NCBI GenBank assembly: GCA_944321365.1
Contig: CALULA010000004.1
Coordinates: 42,907 to 106,906, forward strand
Direction of reading: 5' to 3'
Length of the DNA stretch: 64,000 nt
Source: an uncultured Paraprevotella sp.
Lineage (GTDB): Bacteria; Bacteroidota; Bacteroidia; Bacteroidales; Bacteroidaceae
Made by a program: the position numbers and the translations under genes
Notes under the pieces: generated by a model
Seen by the model: only the letters and a program-made list of their open reading frames with translations
Told to the model about the DNA's origin: nothing
Database searches by the model: none
Shown: piece after piece, positions 8,533 through 20,468 of the stretch
Numbering within the stretch: the first letter of the stretch is position 1
How the letters are laid out: every line of letters starts with the position of its first letter

Positions 8533-11500
8533 ATGGATATAAACAAGTTCTTAAGCAAGCTGTTCGGAAACAAGTCGACCAGAGACATGAAGGAGATTCA
8601 GCCATTGGTTGAAGAGGTGAAGAAAGCTTATCCCGCCATTCAGGCACTCAGCAATGACGAGTTGCGTGCCAAGACACAGGAAGTAAAAAAGTATGTGCAG
8701 TCTTCGGCAGATGACATCAAGGAGAAGATCACCGGTTTGAAAGCCAAGGTGGAGGAAACTCCCATAGAGGACCGTGCCTCGCTCTTTTCGCAGATAGACA
8801 AACTGGAAAAGGACGTGCTGGAGCGGTATGAACAGGCACTGAACGAGGTGATGCCCGTGGTGTTCTCTATCGTGAAGTCCACAGCCGAACGGTTCGCCAC
8901 GCACGAAGAAGTATGCGTGACGGCCAATGACTTCGACCGTGAGCTGGCTGCCAAGTTCGACTTTGTGGATATTGACGGCGAAACGGCCCGTTACCATAAC
9001 CATTGGACGGCAGGCGGCAACGACACGGTGTGGAACATGATTCACTATGACGTGCAGCTCTTCGGCGGTGTTGTATTACATCAAGGCAAGATTGCCGAGA
9101 TGGCTACGGGTGAGGGTAAGACGTTGGTCGCTACCTTGCCGGTATTTCTGAATGCCTTGACAGGCAACGGTGTGCACGTGGTGACGGTGAACGACTATCT
9201 GGCCAAGCGTGACTCCGAATGGATGGGGCCGCTTTACATGTTCCATGGCCTGAGCGTGGATTGCATCGACAAGCATCAGCCCAACAGCGATGCGCGTCGT
9301 CGTGCTTATCTGGCAGATATTACTTTCGGAACAAACAACGAGTTCGGCTTCGATTATCTGCGTGACAATATGGCTACCAATCCTAAAGATTTGGTGCAAC
9401 GCGCACACAACTATGCCATCGTGGACGAGGTGGACTCCGTGTTGATAGACGATGCCCGTACGCCGTTGATTATTTCCGGTCCGGTACCCCAGGGAGACAA
9501 TCAGCTCTTTGAGCAATATCAGCCGTTGGTGGAGAAACTGGTGAGCGTCCAGAGGCAGTTGGCCACACAGTATCTGGCTGAAGCCAAGCAGATGATAGCC
9601 TCAGGAGACAAGGAACAGGTGGAGAACGGTTTCCTGCAACTCTTCCGCAGTCATAAAGCCCTTCCCAAGAACAAGCCGCTGATCAAGTTCCTGTCGGAGC
9701 AAGGCATCAAGTCCGGTATGTTGAAGACTGAGGAAATCTACATGGAGAACAACAACAAACGTATGCCGGAAGCCGTGGAGCCGCTTTATTTTGTGGTGGA
9801 CGAGAAGTTGAACAGTGTAGATCTGACCGACAAGGGATTTGCCTGGCTGGCCAATGCCACGTCGGATCCTGACCTGTTTGTCATGCCTGACATCACGTCG
9901 GCCATGTCTGCGCTGGAGGCCGACAAGTCGTTGGGCGATGAAGAACGACTGATTAAGAAAGACCAGTTGTTCTCAGAATACGCCGTGAAGAGCGAGCGTA
10001 TGCACACGTTGCAGCAGCTTCTGAAGGCTTATACGATGTTCAATCGGGATGATGAATACGTCGTGATCGACGGCGAGGTGAAGATCGTTGACGAGCAGAC
10101 AGGCCGTATCATGGACGGACGTCGCTGGAGCGACGGTCTGCATCAGGCCGTGGAAGCCAAGGAGCATGTGAAAGTGCAGGCTGCTACACAGACATTCGCC
10201 ACCATCACCTTGCAGAACTACTTCCGTATGTATCACAAACTGGCCGGTATGACAGGTACGGCAGTGACGGAGGCCGGCGAGTTCTGGAGCATTTATAAAC
10301 TGGATGTCGTGGAGATTCCTACCAACCGTCCGGTGGCACGTATCGACATGGAAGACCGCGTGTATCGCACACAACGCGAAAAATATAAGGCCGTCATCGA
10401 GGAGATAGAGAAATTGGTCAAGGCCGGTCGCCCTGTTCTGGTCGGCACTACGTCCGTAGAAATCTCGGAAATGTTGAGCAAGATGCTGCAGATGCGCAAG
10501 ATTCCGCACAACGTGTTGAACGCGAAGCTGCACCAGCAGGAGGCCGAAATCGTGGCCAAGGCGGGCCAGACAAGTACGGTGACCATCGCCACCAACATGG
10601 CCGGTCGTGGTACCGATATCAAGTTGAGCGACGAGGTGAGAAAAGCCGGCGGTCTGGCCATTATCGGTACAGAGCGTCACGAGAGCCGCCGTGTGGACCG
10701 TCAGTTGCGCGGTCGTGCCGGTCGTCAGGGAGATCCCGGCTCTTCGGTGTTCTTTGTTTCGTTGGAAGACAAGTTGATGCGTCTGTTTGCCAATGAACGG
10801 ATAGCCAAGGTGATGGATCGTCTGGGCTTCACGGAAGGAGAGATGATTGAGCATAAGATGATCAGCAAGGCCATCGAACGTGCACAGAAGAAGGTGGAGG
10901 AGAACCACTTCGGCGTGCGTAAGCGTTTGCTGGAGTACGACGATGTGATGAACAAACAGCGCACGGTGATCTACGAGAAGCGTCACCACGCCCTGATGGG
11001 AGAGCGTATCGGCATGGACATTGCCAACATGATCTGGGACCGCTGCGTGAACATCATTGAGAATAATGACTATGACGGCTGCAAGGAAGGCTTCATCAGC
11101 ATCATGGCCATGGAGGTGCCTTTCACCGAGGAAGAGTTCATCAACATGAAGCGTGAAGATTTGTGCGAAAAGGCGTTCCAGGCCGCTATGGCGCGTTTCA
11201 AGCAAAAGACAGAGATGCTGGCCGGTGTGGCATGGCCTGTTATCAAACAAGTGTACGAAACCAGCGGCCACATGTACGAAAACATTCTGGTTCCCATCAC
11301 GGATGGACGCCGGATGTATCAGATCTCTACCCCGCTGAAGGAGGCGTATGAGACGGAAAGCCGTTCGGTGGTGAAAGCTTTCGAGAAAGCCATATTGCTG
11401 CACACGATAGACGAAGCGTGGAAAGAGAACCTGCGTGCACTGGACGAACTGAAGCATTCGGTGCAGAACGCCAGCTACGAACAGAAGGATCCGCTGCTGA

Positions 11501-11829
11501 TCTTCAAGCTGGAGAGCGTGAAGTTGTTCGACAGCATGGTGGACAAAATCAACAACCAGACCGTGAGTGTGCTCATGCGCGGACAGATTCCGGTGCAACA
11601 GCCGGAACAGGTGCGCGAGGCTGCTCCGGAACCGGCACGTAAACCGGAAAAATATGTGGAGTCGCGCGAGGACCTTACCGACCCCGATCAGGAGGCTGCA
11701 GCCCGTCGGGATACGCGCGAGCAGCAGAAGCAGCAGCCGGTGGTGGCCGAGAAAGTGCCGGGCCGCAACGACCCCTGTCCTTGCGGTAGCGGGAAGAAAT
11801 TCAAGAACTGCCACGGACGCGGGCTGTAA
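8533..11829 (+). CDS. secA: Preprotein translocase ATPase SecA
   Basis: [41 protein letters not shown]-terminal [19 protein letters not shown]. Confidence 0.99.
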   Translation: MDINKFLSKLFGNKSTRDMKEIQPLVEEVKKAYPAIQALSNDELRAKTQEVKKYVQSSADDIKEKITGLKAKVEETPIEDRASLFSQIDKLEKDVLERYEQALNEVMPVVFSIVKSTAERFATHEEVCVTANDFDRELAAKFDFVDIDGETARYHNHWTAGGNDTVWNMIHYDVQLFGGVVLHQGKIAEMATGEGKTLVATLPVFLNALTGNGVHVVTVNDYLAKRDSEWMGPLYMFHGLSVDCIDKHQPNSDARRRAYLADITFGTNNEFGFDYLRDNMATNPKDLVQRAHNYAIVDEVDSVLIDDARTPLIISGPVPQGDNQLFEQYQPLVEKLVSVQRQLATQYLAEAKQMIASGDKEQVENGFLQLFRSHKALPKNKPLIKFLSEQGIKSGMLKTEEIYMENNNKRMPEAVEPLYFVVDEKLNSVDLTDKGFAWLANATSDPDLFVMPDITSAMSALEADKSLGDEERLIKKDQLFSEYAVKSERMHTLQQLLKAYTMFNRDDEYVVIDGEVKIVDEQTGRIMDGRRWSDGLHQAVEAKEHVKVQAATQTFATITLQNYFRMYHKLAGMTGTAVTEAGEFWSIYKLDVVEIPTNRPVARIDMEDRVYRTQREKYKAVIEEIEKLVKAGRPVLVGTTSVEISEMLSKMLQMRKIPHNVLNAKLHQQEAEIVAKAGQTSTVTIATNMAGRGTDIKLSDEVRKAGGLAIIGTERHESRRVDRQLRGRAGRQGDPGSSVFFVSLEDKLMRLFANERIAKVMDRLGFTEGEMIEHKMISKAIERAQKKVEENHFGVRKRLLEYDDVMNKQRTVIYEKRHHALMGERIGMDIANMIWDRCVNIIENNDYDGCKEGFISIMAMEVPFTEEEFINMKREDLCEKAFQAAMARFKQKTEMLAGVAWPVIKQVYETSGHMYENILVPITDGRRMYQISTPLKEAYETESRSVVKAFEKAILLHTIDEAWKENLRALDELKHSVQNASYEQKDPLLIFKLESVKLFDSMVDKINNQTVSVLMRGQIPVQQPEQVREAAPEPARKPEKYVESREDLTDPDQEAAARRDTREQQKQQPVVAEKVPGRNDPCPCGSGKKFKNCHGRGL

Positions 11830-11861
11830 GCCGTTGCACTGCGTGCCGTGATATGACAGAC

Positions 11862-11898
11862 GAGAGGGACGTTGCCGGATGACGGCGGCGTCCCTCTT
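11862..11898 (+). terminator. Intrinsic terminator after secA
   Basis: GAGAGGGACGTTGCCG-gatga-CGGCGGCGTCCCTCTT hairpin followed by T-rich bases. Confidence 0.7.
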
Positions 11899-12134
11899 TC
11901 GGTTTCGGGATGGAGCGTGACCTGCCTTTCCGTTCGCGTCGAGGTAGCTGTGCAGCCTTAGGTTGTGTGTCTGCTCCGATGATGAGGCACGGATGTCGTT
12001 CCGGAGATAATGCTTCCGGTGGGCGGGCAAGGGGCAACTTCTTGCGTCCTTTTTATGCATTTTCCGGCCAAAGTCTATGCTTTTTCTTGTTTTTTTTGTA
12101 CTTTTGGTTGTAATAAGGACCAATAAGGAATGAT

Positions 12135-12575
12135 ATGAAACCCACATCACAGACCATTCAACAGATAGAACGCGCACTGAGGAAAGTAGCCGCCAAATAT
12201 CCGCCGGGCCGTGAAGACCTGTTACTGACGGACATCCACCTTCAGGTCAAGGCGGAATCAGGAGAGCTGCTGGCCTTTAATGACGATGACGAGGAACTGA
12301 CACGTTGCGTGATAGAGCAATGGATAGGAAACCAGGACGAGGATTTCTATGCCGAGGTAACGCCCGTGCTGCGTCAGTGCATTCAGAACATGCGCGACAT
12401 GTTGGAGACTTTGTGCATCCTGAAGCCCTATTCTTTCGTATTGGTAGACGAGGACAAGGAGACCGTGAGCGACCTTTATCTGGTGGATGACGATACACTG
12501 ATTCTGGACGGTGAGTTGCTGAAAGGGCTGGATGAAGACCTGGATGCTTTCCTGAAGAACTTGTTGGCAGAGTAG
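12135..12575 (+). CDS. Acidic hypothetical protein (Bacteroidales-type)
   Basis: Own -7 promoter TACTTTTG at 12099-12106; plausible composition; no recognised domain. Confidence 0.75.
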   Translation: MKPTSQTIQQIERALRKVAAKYPPGREDLLLTDIHLQVKAESGELLAFNDDDEELTRCVIEQWIGNQDEDFYAEVTPVLRQCIQNMRDMLETLCILKPYSFVLVDEDKETVSDLYLVDDDTLILDGELLKGLDEDLDAFLKNLLAE

Positions 12576-12798
12576 GTCTGCCTCTTTTTCCTCCGCATCG
12601 GAACGGACGGTTCCGGTGCGGAGAGCTGTTTCTATAGAGCGGTTTCCTGTGCCTGTCCTTTTGTTAAGGTGTTGTGGCGGTGGTGGCGATGTGCATTGCT
12701 CCATCTTGTCCGTATGGATTCCGTATTCCGTATAGGTTTTCGGTATGTGTGCTTGTCTGCGACCGCGCGGGCGGCTGTCTGCACGGCGTGTTGTCACT

Positions 12799-12916
12799 AT
12801 GCGGAAAGGGCACGGATTTCTTGCGCAAGATTTGTTCCGGTCTTGCGCAATACCGGAATGTTTTTTGCGCAACACTTGTTTCGGTTTTCCGCATGACGGA
12901 AAGCAGTCGTGCGTAG
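12799..12916. repeat. 22-bp-period TTGCGCAA-like palindrome array (locus A)
   Basis: Cores at 12799 atgcggaa, 12821 ttgcgcaa, 12843 ttgcgcaa, 12865 ttgcgcaa, 12887 ttccgcat, 12909 gtgcgtag. Confidence 0.85.
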
Positions 12917-12920
12917 GGCT

Positions 12921-12966
12921 TAAAGTAAACCTCCCCCGCATACGGGCAAACCGGGTGCGGGGGAGG
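12921..12966 (-). terminator. Intrinsic terminator after hppA
   Basis: CCTCCCCCGCA...TGCGGGGGAGG stem with a T-rich tail on the minus strand. Confidence 0.75.
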
Positions 12967-12993
12967 TGGCATTTCAGGCCGTCTGGCCGCGTG

Positions 12994-15198
12994 TCAGAAC
13001 AGACTCCAGGAGACGGTCAGCCCTGCCATGACGATAGCCACCATGGACATCAGTTTGACCAGGATGTTCAGACTCGGACCGGAAGTATCTTTGAACGGGT
13101 CGCCCACGGTGTCGCCCACCACGGTGGCGCGGTGCACTTCGCTGCCTTTTCCGCCCAGATGGCCTTCCTCAACGTATTTCTTCGCATTGTCCCACGCACC
13201 GCCGGAATCGGCCATGAAGATGGCCAGTACGAAACCGGCTGACAGACCGCCTACGAGCAGGCCGAGCACGCCCGGCACGCCGAAGATCAGTCCCGTGGCT
13301 ACAGGGGCGATGATGGCCAGCAGCGACGGGAACACCATTTCGCGCTGCGCCCCTTTCGTGGAAATCTGTACGCAACGGGCGTAGTCCGGTTCGGCCTCAC
13401 CCGTCAGGATGCCCTTGATTTCGCGGAACTGCCGGCGCACTTCTTCCACCATGTGGGCTGCCGCACGCCCCACGGCGTTCATCGTCAGACCGCAGAACAG
13501 GAAGGCCATCATGCTGCCGATGAACATGCCGGAGAGCACGGTGGGGTTCATGAGCGTCACGTTGTAATAGCTCATGAAGTCGGTGAACGACGCTTCATGT
13601 ATGGGCAGCAGGGAGCCGTCCGGCATCTGGAGCGTGGTCTCTCCCAGACGGGTCAGCCCGATGCGTATCTCTTCGATGTAGGATGCCAGCAGTGACAGTC
13701 CGGTCAGTGCGGCCGAGCCTATGGCAAAGCCCTTGCCCGTGGCGGCGGTGGTGTTGCCCAGCGAGTCCAGCGCATCGGTGCGTTTGCGCACCTCTTCGCC
13801 CAGACCGCTCATCTCGGCGTTGCCGCCCGCATTGTCTGCTATGGGTCCGTAGGCGTCAGTAGCCAGCGTGATGCCCAGCGTGGACAGCATGCCCACGGCG
13901 GCTATGCCGATGCCGTAGAGGCCCATGCTCACGTTCGTCAGGTCGAAACCGGCGGCCAGCCAGTAGGACAGGATGATGCCTGCTACCACGGCGATAACCG
14001 GTATGGTGGTGGACACCATGCCCAGCCCGATGCCGGAGATGACGACGGTGGCCGGACCGGTCTTGCCGCTTTCAGCCAACTGGCGGGTGGGGCGGTAAGA
14101 CTGCGAGGTGTAGTATTCTGTGGAACGTCCGATGATGATGCCCACCAGCAGTCCGACGATAACCGCAAAGGAGATGTTCAGCCAGTTGTCTATCTGCAGC
14201 GTCCATAAGATAAGGAAGGTGGCGACGACTATCAGGGCGGAACTGAGGTTCGTGCCGGTGGACAGCGATTGCAGGAGTTGTTTCATGCCGGCGTCCTCTT
14301 TGGTGCGTACGGAGAAGATGCCTATGATGGACAGCAGGATGCCTACGGCGGCGATGAGCATCGGGGCGATGACGGCCTTGAACTGCATGTCCGTGTCGCC
14401 GCTCGCCATGAAAGCTGCCGCACCGAGGGCCGAAGTGGCCAGAATGGAACCGCAGTAGGACTCGTAGAGGTCGGCTCCCATGCCGGCCACGTCGCCCACG
14501 TTGTCGCCCACGTTGTCGGCAATGGTGGCCGGGTTGCGCGGGTCATCTTCCGGGATGCCGGCCTCCACCTTGCCCACAAGGTCGGCTCCCACGTCGGCAG
14601 CCTTGGTATAGATGCCGCCGCCCACGCGGGCGAACAGGGCCTGCGTGCTGGCTCCCATGCCGAAGGTGAGCATCGTGGTAGTGATCATGCAGAGCTTGGC
14701 TCCCGGAGCGTCAGCCGTAGAGGGGACGAACGTGTCCAGCAGGATGTACCAGAACGAGATGTCCAGCAGACCGAGTCCTACGACCACCAGTCCCATGACG
14801 GCACCGCTGCGGAAGGCAATGCGCAGACCTTTGTTGAGCGAGGTGCGCGCCGCGTTGGCCGTCCGTGCGGAGGCGTAGGTAGCTGTTTTCATACCGAGGA
14901 ATCCGGAGAGGCCGGAGAAGAAGCCGCCGGTGAGGAAAGCCACCGGCACCCATGAGTTCTGCAGGTTGAAGCCGTAGGCCATGACAGAGAAAATCAGGCA
15001 TAGCACGATGAACACGATGCCCACCACCTTGTACTGTTGTTTCAGATACGACATGGCGCCCTGGCGCACGTGTGATGCGATTTTCCGCATTTGCGCAGTG
15101 CCTTCGCTTTCTTTCATCATCTGCTTGTAGAAGAACCAGGCCAGCAGCAGGGCCAACAAGGATGATACGGGTACCATCCAGAAGAGGAGATGTTCCAT
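12994..15198 (-). CDS. hppA: Membrane-bound pyrophosphatase, K+-dependent, Na+,H+-pumping subfamily
   Basis: [35 protein letters not shown] (K+-dependent Ala), [14 protein letters not shown]; promoter at 15228-15235. Confidence 0.97.
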   Translation of the reverse strand: MEHLLFWMVPVSSLLALLLAWFFYKQMMKESEGTAQMRKIASHVRQGAMSYLKQQYKVVGIVFIVLCLIFSVMAYGFNLQNSWVPVAFLTGGFFSGLSGFLGMKTATYASARTANAARTSLNKGLRIAFRSGAVMGLVVVGLGLLDISFWYILLDTFVPSTADAPGAKLCMITTTMLTFGMGASTQALFARVGGGIYTKAADVGADLVGKVEAGIPEDDPRNPATIADNVGDNVGDVAGMGADLYESYCGSILATSALGAAAFMASGDTDMQFKAVIAPMLIAAVGILLSIIGIFSVRTKEDAGMKQLLQSLSTGTNLSSALIVVATFLILWTLQIDNWLNISFAVIVGLLVGIIIGRSTEYYTSQSYRPTRQLAESGKTGPATVVISGIGLGMVSTTIPVIAVVAGIILSYWLAAGFDLTNVSMGLYGIGIAAVGMLSTLGITLATDAYGPIADNAGGNAEMSGLGEEVRKRTDALDSLGNTTAATGKGFAIGSAALTGLSLLASYIEEIRIGLTRLGETTLQMPDGSLLPIHEASFTDFMSYYNVTLMNPTVLSGMFIGSMMAFLFCGLTMNAVGRAAAHMVEEVRRQFREIKGILTGEAEPDYARCVQISTKGAQREMVFPSLLAIIAPVATGLIFGVPGVLGLLVGGLSAGFVLAIFMADSGGAWDNAKKYVEEGHLGGKGSEVHRATVVGDTVGDPFKDTSGPSLNILVKLMSMVAIVMAGLTVSWSLF

Positions 15199-15333
15199 GG
15201 TTGTTTAACGTTAATTTAAAGTTCACCCAAAGTTACGGAAAAGATGTAAAGTGACGGCCCCCCGCAAACCCTTTTTCTGTTATTTATACACTTTTTATCG
15301 TTTGCCCGCACAATCGGGTGGGACAGGGTATGG

Positions 15334-15372
15334 AAAAAGGGCTGCAAAACACCCCGAAGATGCCCTGCAGCC
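15334..15372 (-). terminator. Intrinsic terminator of the lipoprotein-OMP operon
   Basis: GGGCTGCA...TGCAGCCC stem preceded by an A run on the plus strand. Confidence 0.6.
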
Positions 15373-15394
15373 CTGATGAAGATGGGAAATTGTT

Positions 15395-16069
15395 TCAGAA
15401 ATTCAATCCGGCCCGCAGGCTGAACGTGTTGAAGCGGGCTTCCGGAGCCATCTTGTTGAAGTCTATGCCGTAGCCGATGCCGAAGTTATACTGTCCGTAG
15501 TCGGCGGTGATGCCGATCTGCCAGCCGGCCTGGAAGCGTTTCCAGTCGCAGCCGTCCTCACCGTACACGCTGTAGGAGTCCGATGCCGTGTTCCCTTCCA
15601 CGCCGGCCTCATACTTCTCTTTTCCCAACAGTCCGAGGCGCAGGTAGATGCCGGTGTAAGGTTTGAGGGCCAGCTTGTCGTTGATGCTGATTTTATAGAC
15701 TACGTTGGCCGGGATGTACAGTCCGAGCAGGTTGTGCGAGGTCTTCAGCGTGATGTTTCCCTCCGAACTGTCGAAGCTGTGACGCGAGAAGCTCAGACCG
15801 CCTCCGGCTTCCACGAAGAGCGGCAGCCGCTTGCTGATGTTCCAGGCCTGCACGTAGCTGACGGTGAGTCCGTTGAATCCCTGTTTCAGGTCGCTGTCGT
15901 CGCTGGTGGACTTCAGTATGGAGCGGTCGTAAGCCAGCCGCAGGCCTCGCCATGTGGAGCGGTCGCTGTCGGTGAGTGTGCTTTTAGTCTTTTCTACGAA
16001 CTGGGCGTGCAGCAGGGTCTGTCCGCACAGGAGGCAGACCAGCAGGAAAAATATTCTTGAAGTTTTCAT
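15395..16069 (-). CDS. Small outer-membrane beta-barrel (PorT/OmpA-like porin family)
   Basis: Signal peptide, alternating beta-strand pattern, C-terminal aromatic residue (RAGLNF). Confidence 0.8.
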   Translation of the reverse strand: MKTSRIFFLLVCLLCGQTLLHAQFVEKTKSTLTDSDRSTWRGLRLAYDRSILKSTSDDSDLKQGFNGLTVSYVQAWNISKRLPLFVEAGGGLSFSRHSFDSSEGNITLKTSHNLLGLYIPANVVYKISINDKLALKPYTGIYLRLGLLGKEKYEAGVEGNTASDSYSVYGEDGCDWKRFQAGWQIGITADYGQYNFGIGYGIDFNKMAPEARFNTFSLRAGLNF

Positions 16070-17172
16070 TTTTGTGTGTCGTTAATGTTTAAACTTGTCC
16101 TTGGGCTTTGTCTTGCAAGCTGTTCCTTTCGCATCTTTCTGTGGAGGCGGGATTTTGGTCCGCGTGTCCTTTCAGTCGTGCTTTGCCCGTTGATGCTGCG
16201 GTTGGTATAATTCAAGGTCCAGTCGTCATTCCATTCTTGGTTATAGCCGTAAGACACGATGCTCATCCCCGTACCTTTGCCGCTCCAACTACTGGTATAA
16301 GAATATTGCGAGCGGATTTGGGAAATGGAATTGTCTTGGTTGTAGTATACTCCTGTTATGGTGTAGGTATTGTATTGCTCATCGAAATACTGATATTCGT
16401 TATAGGTCGTGGGTATGTTCTTGCTGGGCTTTCCCAACATGCCGCCATACAGGAAAATGTCGTAGAACAAGCCTCCGTATCCGCACGCTTGGTAGTCGCA
16501 GAAATGCCATACACCGCTATTGATATAGGTGGGTTCTTCGTAAGTCATTTCTTCCCGGTAGTGGTATTCATCTGTTTCTCCCTCCCATTCGTAATACTCT
16601 TTATAATCCATTTCTGTCAGATTGCCGTCCACCCATGTGAATGTACCGGTTCCGTTACCCGTCTCTCCGTCCGAACACGAATAGGTAAACCGTTCAAGGA
16701 TGAGATGTCCGTCGCCATCATACGCGAGAGTAACGGAGTAGTTTTCCACGTAATCTTCATCATCGTCATAATCTTCCCGGCATTCATAGTCGCAGGATGT
16801 GATAAAGCCGTCGCTGTTGACCTTTATATTCTTGTATTCCTGCACCTCATCATATGAAGAATTAGTGCGGGTGACTCTTACGGTCAGCGGGTTGGAGGTG
16901 ATGGTGATGCTCTCGTTGTTCAGCCTTTCAAAGCCTCCCGATATGCATCCGTTTTGATAGGTGTAGGCTTCTGCCAGGTTGTTGTTGTGATAGATGCTTG
17001 TCACCGGAAACTCTATTCCCGCATTGGCCACTGGCGGTGTGCTTGCGGCGTTCTTGCCGTAGCTGGCCACTCCGCCTCCCTCTTCGTCCTCATTGCTGCA
17101 GGCCGGCAGGACCGCGGTCAGCAGTGCCGCGGTGCAGACCATGAGGCATCCTTTCGTAAAGTTCTTTTTCAT
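16066..17172 (-). CDS. Surface lipoprotein, DUF4595-like
   Basis: MKKNFTKG...LPAC lipobox, acidic +2 region CSNEDEE, FTWVDGNL and LYGGMLGKPSKNIP motifs; 4-bp overlap with the OMP gene. Confidence 0.75.
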   Translation of the reverse strand: MKKNFTKGCLMVCTAALLTAVLPACSNEDEEGGGVASYGKNAASTPPVANAGIEFPVTSIYHNNNLAEAYTYQNGCISGGFERLNNESITITSNPLTVRVTRTNSSYDEVQEYKNIKVNSDGFITSCDYECREDYDDDEDYVENYSVTLAYDGDGHLILERFTYSCSDGETGNGTGTFTWVDGNLTEMDYKEYYEWEGETDEYHYREEMTYEEPTYINSGVWHFCDYQACGYGGLFYDIFLYGGMLGKPSKNIPTTYNEYQYFDEQYNTYTITGVYYNQDNSISQIRSQYSYTSSWSGKGTGMSIVSYGYNQEWNDDWTLNYTNRSINGQSTTERTRGPKSRLHRKMRKEQLARQSPRTSLNINDTQK

Positions 17173-17541
17173 GTGCTGTAAGTTTTTGTGCCGACAGAAA
17201 GCCCCGGATCCGGCGGGTTCATAATTAGTGAAAAGGAAAGACGTGGGCATCTGTACTTTCGCTCATCCCGCATCCAGGCCCTCGCATTTGCCTTTCCCAA
17301 GGATAAGCAACGCAGCCAGCCCACGTCGAGATATTATTATGCCAACGCACGGAAAGGCTTCACAAAGAAGCCGCCCGGACGGGTATAATGCACCCTACGT
17401 GGACGTTCCGTTGCCGTCACTTCCTGGGATTTCAGACTTGCGAGGTTTGAATGCAGAAGCAAACGTCCGTAAACGTCCTTTTACCATCGAAGATGGACTG
17501 TGCCCACCCCTCCGGGCTGGCTGTGTCCGAGGCAAAGGTTT
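17173..17541 (-). promoter_or_regulatory. Long (~360 nt) structured 5' leader, candidate attenuator
   Basis: Non-canonical -7 AACCTTTG at 17534-17541; mutually exclusive stems 17514-17523/17313-17322 and 17319-17327/17240-17248 with a U-rich tail. Confidence 0.4.
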
Positions 17542-17629
17542 GTTTTTATGACAAATTATGCAAATTTTCTTTTGTTTTTCTGAAAAAAAGTAAGAAAAGG
17601 ACGCGCGGGGATGTTGACGTAGGGAGCAA

Positions 17630-17668
17630 AAGAAAGGGCTGTTTCCAAGAGAGGATGGAAACAGCCCG
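17630..17668 (-). terminator. Intrinsic terminator after valS
   Basis: GGGCTGTTTCCA-agagagga-TGGAAACAGCCC stem with an A run upstream on the plus strand. Confidence 0.8.
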
Positions 17669-17695
17669 ACGGGCGGACCGTGAAGAGGTTCGGCA

Positions 17696-20344
17696 TTATT
17701 TCTTCAGACGGGCGAGGCTTTCCTTCAGCGCCGCAATCTTGCTTTCGGCGTCCGACTGCTTCTTGCGCTCCATGGCCACCACGGCTTCGGGGGCGTTGGC
17801 CACGAAACGTTCGTTGGAAAGCTTCTTCAGAACGCCTGCCAGAAAACCTTCCAAGTGCTTCAGCTCTGCCTCCTGACGGCTGATTTCGGTTTCCACGTCT
17901 ATCAGGCTACCGAGCGGCACGGCGTATTCGGTGGTCCCTACCATGAACGAGGCCGAGCCTTCGCCTTTCTGTTCTACTGTTGTGACGCTCTCCACATTGG
18001 CCATTTTCTTCGTGATGCAGGCAAAGGCTGCTTCGGGATCGTTGCCCACCACCTCCAGTGTCAGCACCTCTTTCTGGGCGATGTTTTTCTGGTTGCGCAC
18101 CATGCGTACGCCTGCCACGATGTCCTTCACATTTCCGATATGGGCTATCAGTCCGGCGTCTTCCGCAGTGGGGGCTGCCGTGTGGAGCGGAGAAATCATG
18201 ATGCTCTCGCCCGGCAGACGGTCGTAGAGGTGCTGCCACAGCTCTTCGGTGATGAAAGGCATGAACGGATGGAGCAGTTTCAGCAGCGTGTCGAAGAACG
18301 ACAGCGTCTGGTCGTAAGTCGTTTGGTCGATGGGTTGCCCGTAGGCCGGTTTGATCATTTCAAGATACCAGCTGGAGAACTCGTCCCAGAACAGCTTGTA
18401 CACGGCCATCAGAGCTTCGCTCAGACGGTATTTGCCGAACAGGTCGGCCACTTCGGCAGCGGTGGTGCGCAGCACGGCGGCGAACCACTTAGTGGCAATG
18501 GCCGAACTCTCCGGTTGGGCCATGTCGGCCGTCTGCCAGCCTTTCACGAGGCGGAAAGCATTCCATATCTTGTTGTTGAAGTTGCGTCCCTGCTCGCAGA
18601 GTGCGTCATCGAACAGAATGTCGTTTCCGGCAGGAGCGGAAAGCATCATGCCCATGCGCACGCCGTCTGCTCCATAGCGTTCTATCAGTTCGAGCGGGTC
18701 GGGGCTGTTGCCGAGCGACTTGCTCATCTTGCGTCCCAGCTTGTCGCGCACGATGCCCGTGAAGTAGACGTCCTTGAACGGCATCTTGCCTTCGTATTCG
18801 TAGCCCGCCATGATCATGCGTGCCACCCAGAAGAAGATGATGTCCGGACCGGTGACGAGCACCGATGTGGGATAGTAGTAGCTGATTTCCTCGTTGCCGG
18901 GGTTGTTGATGCCGTCGAACAGCGAGATGGGCCAGAGCCAGCTGGAGAACCACGTGTCGAGCGCGTCCTCGTCCTGACGCAGGTCGGCCAGTGTCAGTGC
19001 CTCGTTGCCCGTCTTTTTCCTGGCCATTTCAAGGGCCTTTTCCGCAGTTTCGGCCACCACGAAGCCTCCTTGCGGCAGGTAGTAGGCCGGGATGCGGTGT
19101 CCCCACCACAGTTGGCGGCTGATGCACCAGTCCTTGATGTTCTCCATCCAGTGGCGGTAAGTGTTCTTGTATTTTGCAGGATAGAACCGGATTTCGTCCT
19201 TCATCACCGGTTCCAGTGCGATTTTGGCCAGATGCTCCATCTTGAGGAACCACTGCATGGAGAGCTTCGGCTCGATGGGCACATTGGTGCGCTCGGAGAA
19301 ACCTACCTTATTATTATAGTCTTCTGTCTTCTCCATCAGACCGGCTTCCTGCAGGTCGATGGCAATCTGACGGCGCACGTCGAAACGTTCCATTCCGACA
19401 TATAAGCCGGCGGCTTCACTGATGGTGCCGTCATCGTTGAAGATATCTATGGAGGGCAGGTTGTGCTTCTCGCCCAGCATATAGTCATTCACATCGTGGG
19501 CCGGGGTCACTTTCAGACAGCCCGTTCCGAACTCGATGTCCACATAGTCGTCTTCAATGACCGGAATGCAGCGGTTCACCAAGGGTACGATGACCCGTTT
19601 GCCCTTCAGCCACGTGTTCTTCGGGTCGGCCGGGTTGATGCACATCGCCGTGTCGCCCATTATTGTTTCGGGACGGGTGGTGGCCACCACTGCGTAGCGT
19701 CCGCTGCCGTCGGGCTGTCCGTTTTCACCGGCCACCATATATTTCAGGTAGTACAGCTTGCTGTGCTCTTCCTTGTAGATCACCTCTTCGTCCGACAGGG
19801 CGGTCAGGGCCTTGGGGTCCCAGTTCACCATGCGTACGCCGCGGTAGATCAGTCCTTTCTCATACAGGTCGCAAAATACCTTGATGACGCTCCGGCTGCG
19901 AGCCTCGTCCATGGTGAATGCCGTGCGGTCCCAGTCGCAGCTGGCACCCAGCCGGCGCAGCTGTTTGAGGATGATGCCGCCATGTTCGTCTGTCCACTCC
20001 CAGGCATGTTTGAGAAATTCCTCGCGGCTCAGGTCGGTCTTCTTGATGCCTTTCTCGGCCAGGCGGTTCACCACCTTGGCTTCTGTGGCGATGGAAGCAT
20101 GATCAGTGCCGGGCACCCAGCAGGCGTTCTTCCCGTCCATACGTGCACGCCGGATCAGAATGTCCTGAATGGTCTCGTTGAGCACGTGCCCCATGTGGAG
20201 AACGCCCGTCACGTTGGGAGGCGGTATGACGATAGTATAAGGTTCGCGTCCGTCGGGTTTAGAACTGAACAGCTTGTTGTCGAGCCAGTACTGATACCAT
20301 TTGCCTTCCACTTCGGCAGGGTTGTATTTGCTTGCTAATTCCAT
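17696..20344 (-). CDS. valS: Valine--tRNA ligase
   Basis: [13 protein letters not shown] (HIGH), [21 protein letters not shown]-terminal coiled-coil arm; promoter at 20383-20390. Confidence 0.99.
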   Translation of the reverse strand: MELASKYNPAEVEGKWYQYWLDNKLFSSKPDGREPYTIVIPPPNVTGVLHMGHVLNETIQDILIRRARMDGKNACWVPGTDHASIATEAKVVNRLAEKGIKKTDLSREEFLKHAWEWTDEHGGIILKQLRRLGASCDWDRTAFTMDEARSRSVIKVFCDLYEKGLIYRGVRMVNWDPKALTALSDEEVIYKEEHSKLYYLKYMVAGENGQPDGSGRYAVVATTRPETIMGDTAMCINPADPKNTWLKGKRVIVPLVNRCIPVIEDDYVDIEFGTGCLKVTPAHDVNDYMLGEKHNLPSIDIFNDDGTISEAAGLYVGMERFDVRRQIAIDLQEAGLMEKTEDYNNKVGFSERTNVPIEPKLSMQWFLKMEHLAKIALEPVMKDEIRFYPAKYKNTYRHWMENIKDWCISRQLWWGHRIPAYYLPQGGFVVAETAEKALEMARKKTGNEALTLADLRQDEDALDTWFSSWLWPISLFDGINNPGNEEISYYYPTSVLVTGPDIIFFWVARMIMAGYEYEGKMPFKDVYFTGIVRDKLGRKMSKSLGNSPDPLELIERYGADGVRMGMMLSAPAGNDILFDDALCEQGRNFNNKIWNAFRLVKGWQTADMAQPESSAIATKWFAAVLRTTAAEVADLFGKYRLSEALMAVYKLFWDEFSSWYLEMIKPAYGQPIDQTTYDQTLSFFDTLLKLLHPFMPFITEELWQHLYDRLPGESIMISPLHTAAPTAEDAGLIAHIGNVKDIVAGVRMVRNQKNIAQKEVLTLEVVGNDPEAAFACITKKMANVESVTTVEQKGEGSASFMVGTTEYAVPLGSLIDVETEISRQEAELKHLEGFLAGVLKKLSNERFVANAPEAVVAMERKKQSDAESKIAALKESLARLKK

Positions 20345-20468
20345 TGTTTATAATGTTTTTATGTATTTCCGTTCTGAACTTGCAAAGTTACGCAAATTCG
20401 TCGTAAAACAAGAATAAAACGGAAAGAATGAAGACCGTGCGGGGTGTGAATTTTTTCCGGCGGGAACG

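Noticed and set aside
9973-12177. 734-aa ORF antisense to secA
   Set aside because: Shadow ORF of a GC-rich gene; no motifs.
12258-12990. Several 70-230 aa ORFs in the gap between the hypothetical gene and hppA
   Set aside because: Low-complexity and overlapping on both strands; the region is explained by hairpins and repeat array A.
17380-17400. TPP or cobalamin riboswitch resemblance (GGGTGC...ATACCC; TGGGAAAGG)
   Set aside because: Lacks the CTGAGA/GAACCTGA and GCCACTG/B12-box elements.
17389-17628. 12-bp inverted repeat with one mismatch (TGCACCCTACGT / ACGTAGGGAGCA) around the weak promoter at 17534-17541, plus AAACGTCCGT resembling the B. fragilis Mpi site
   Set aside because: Too short to separate from chance, unrelated to the CTCTT-AAGAG motif, and the Mpi-like 10-mer has no inverted partner.
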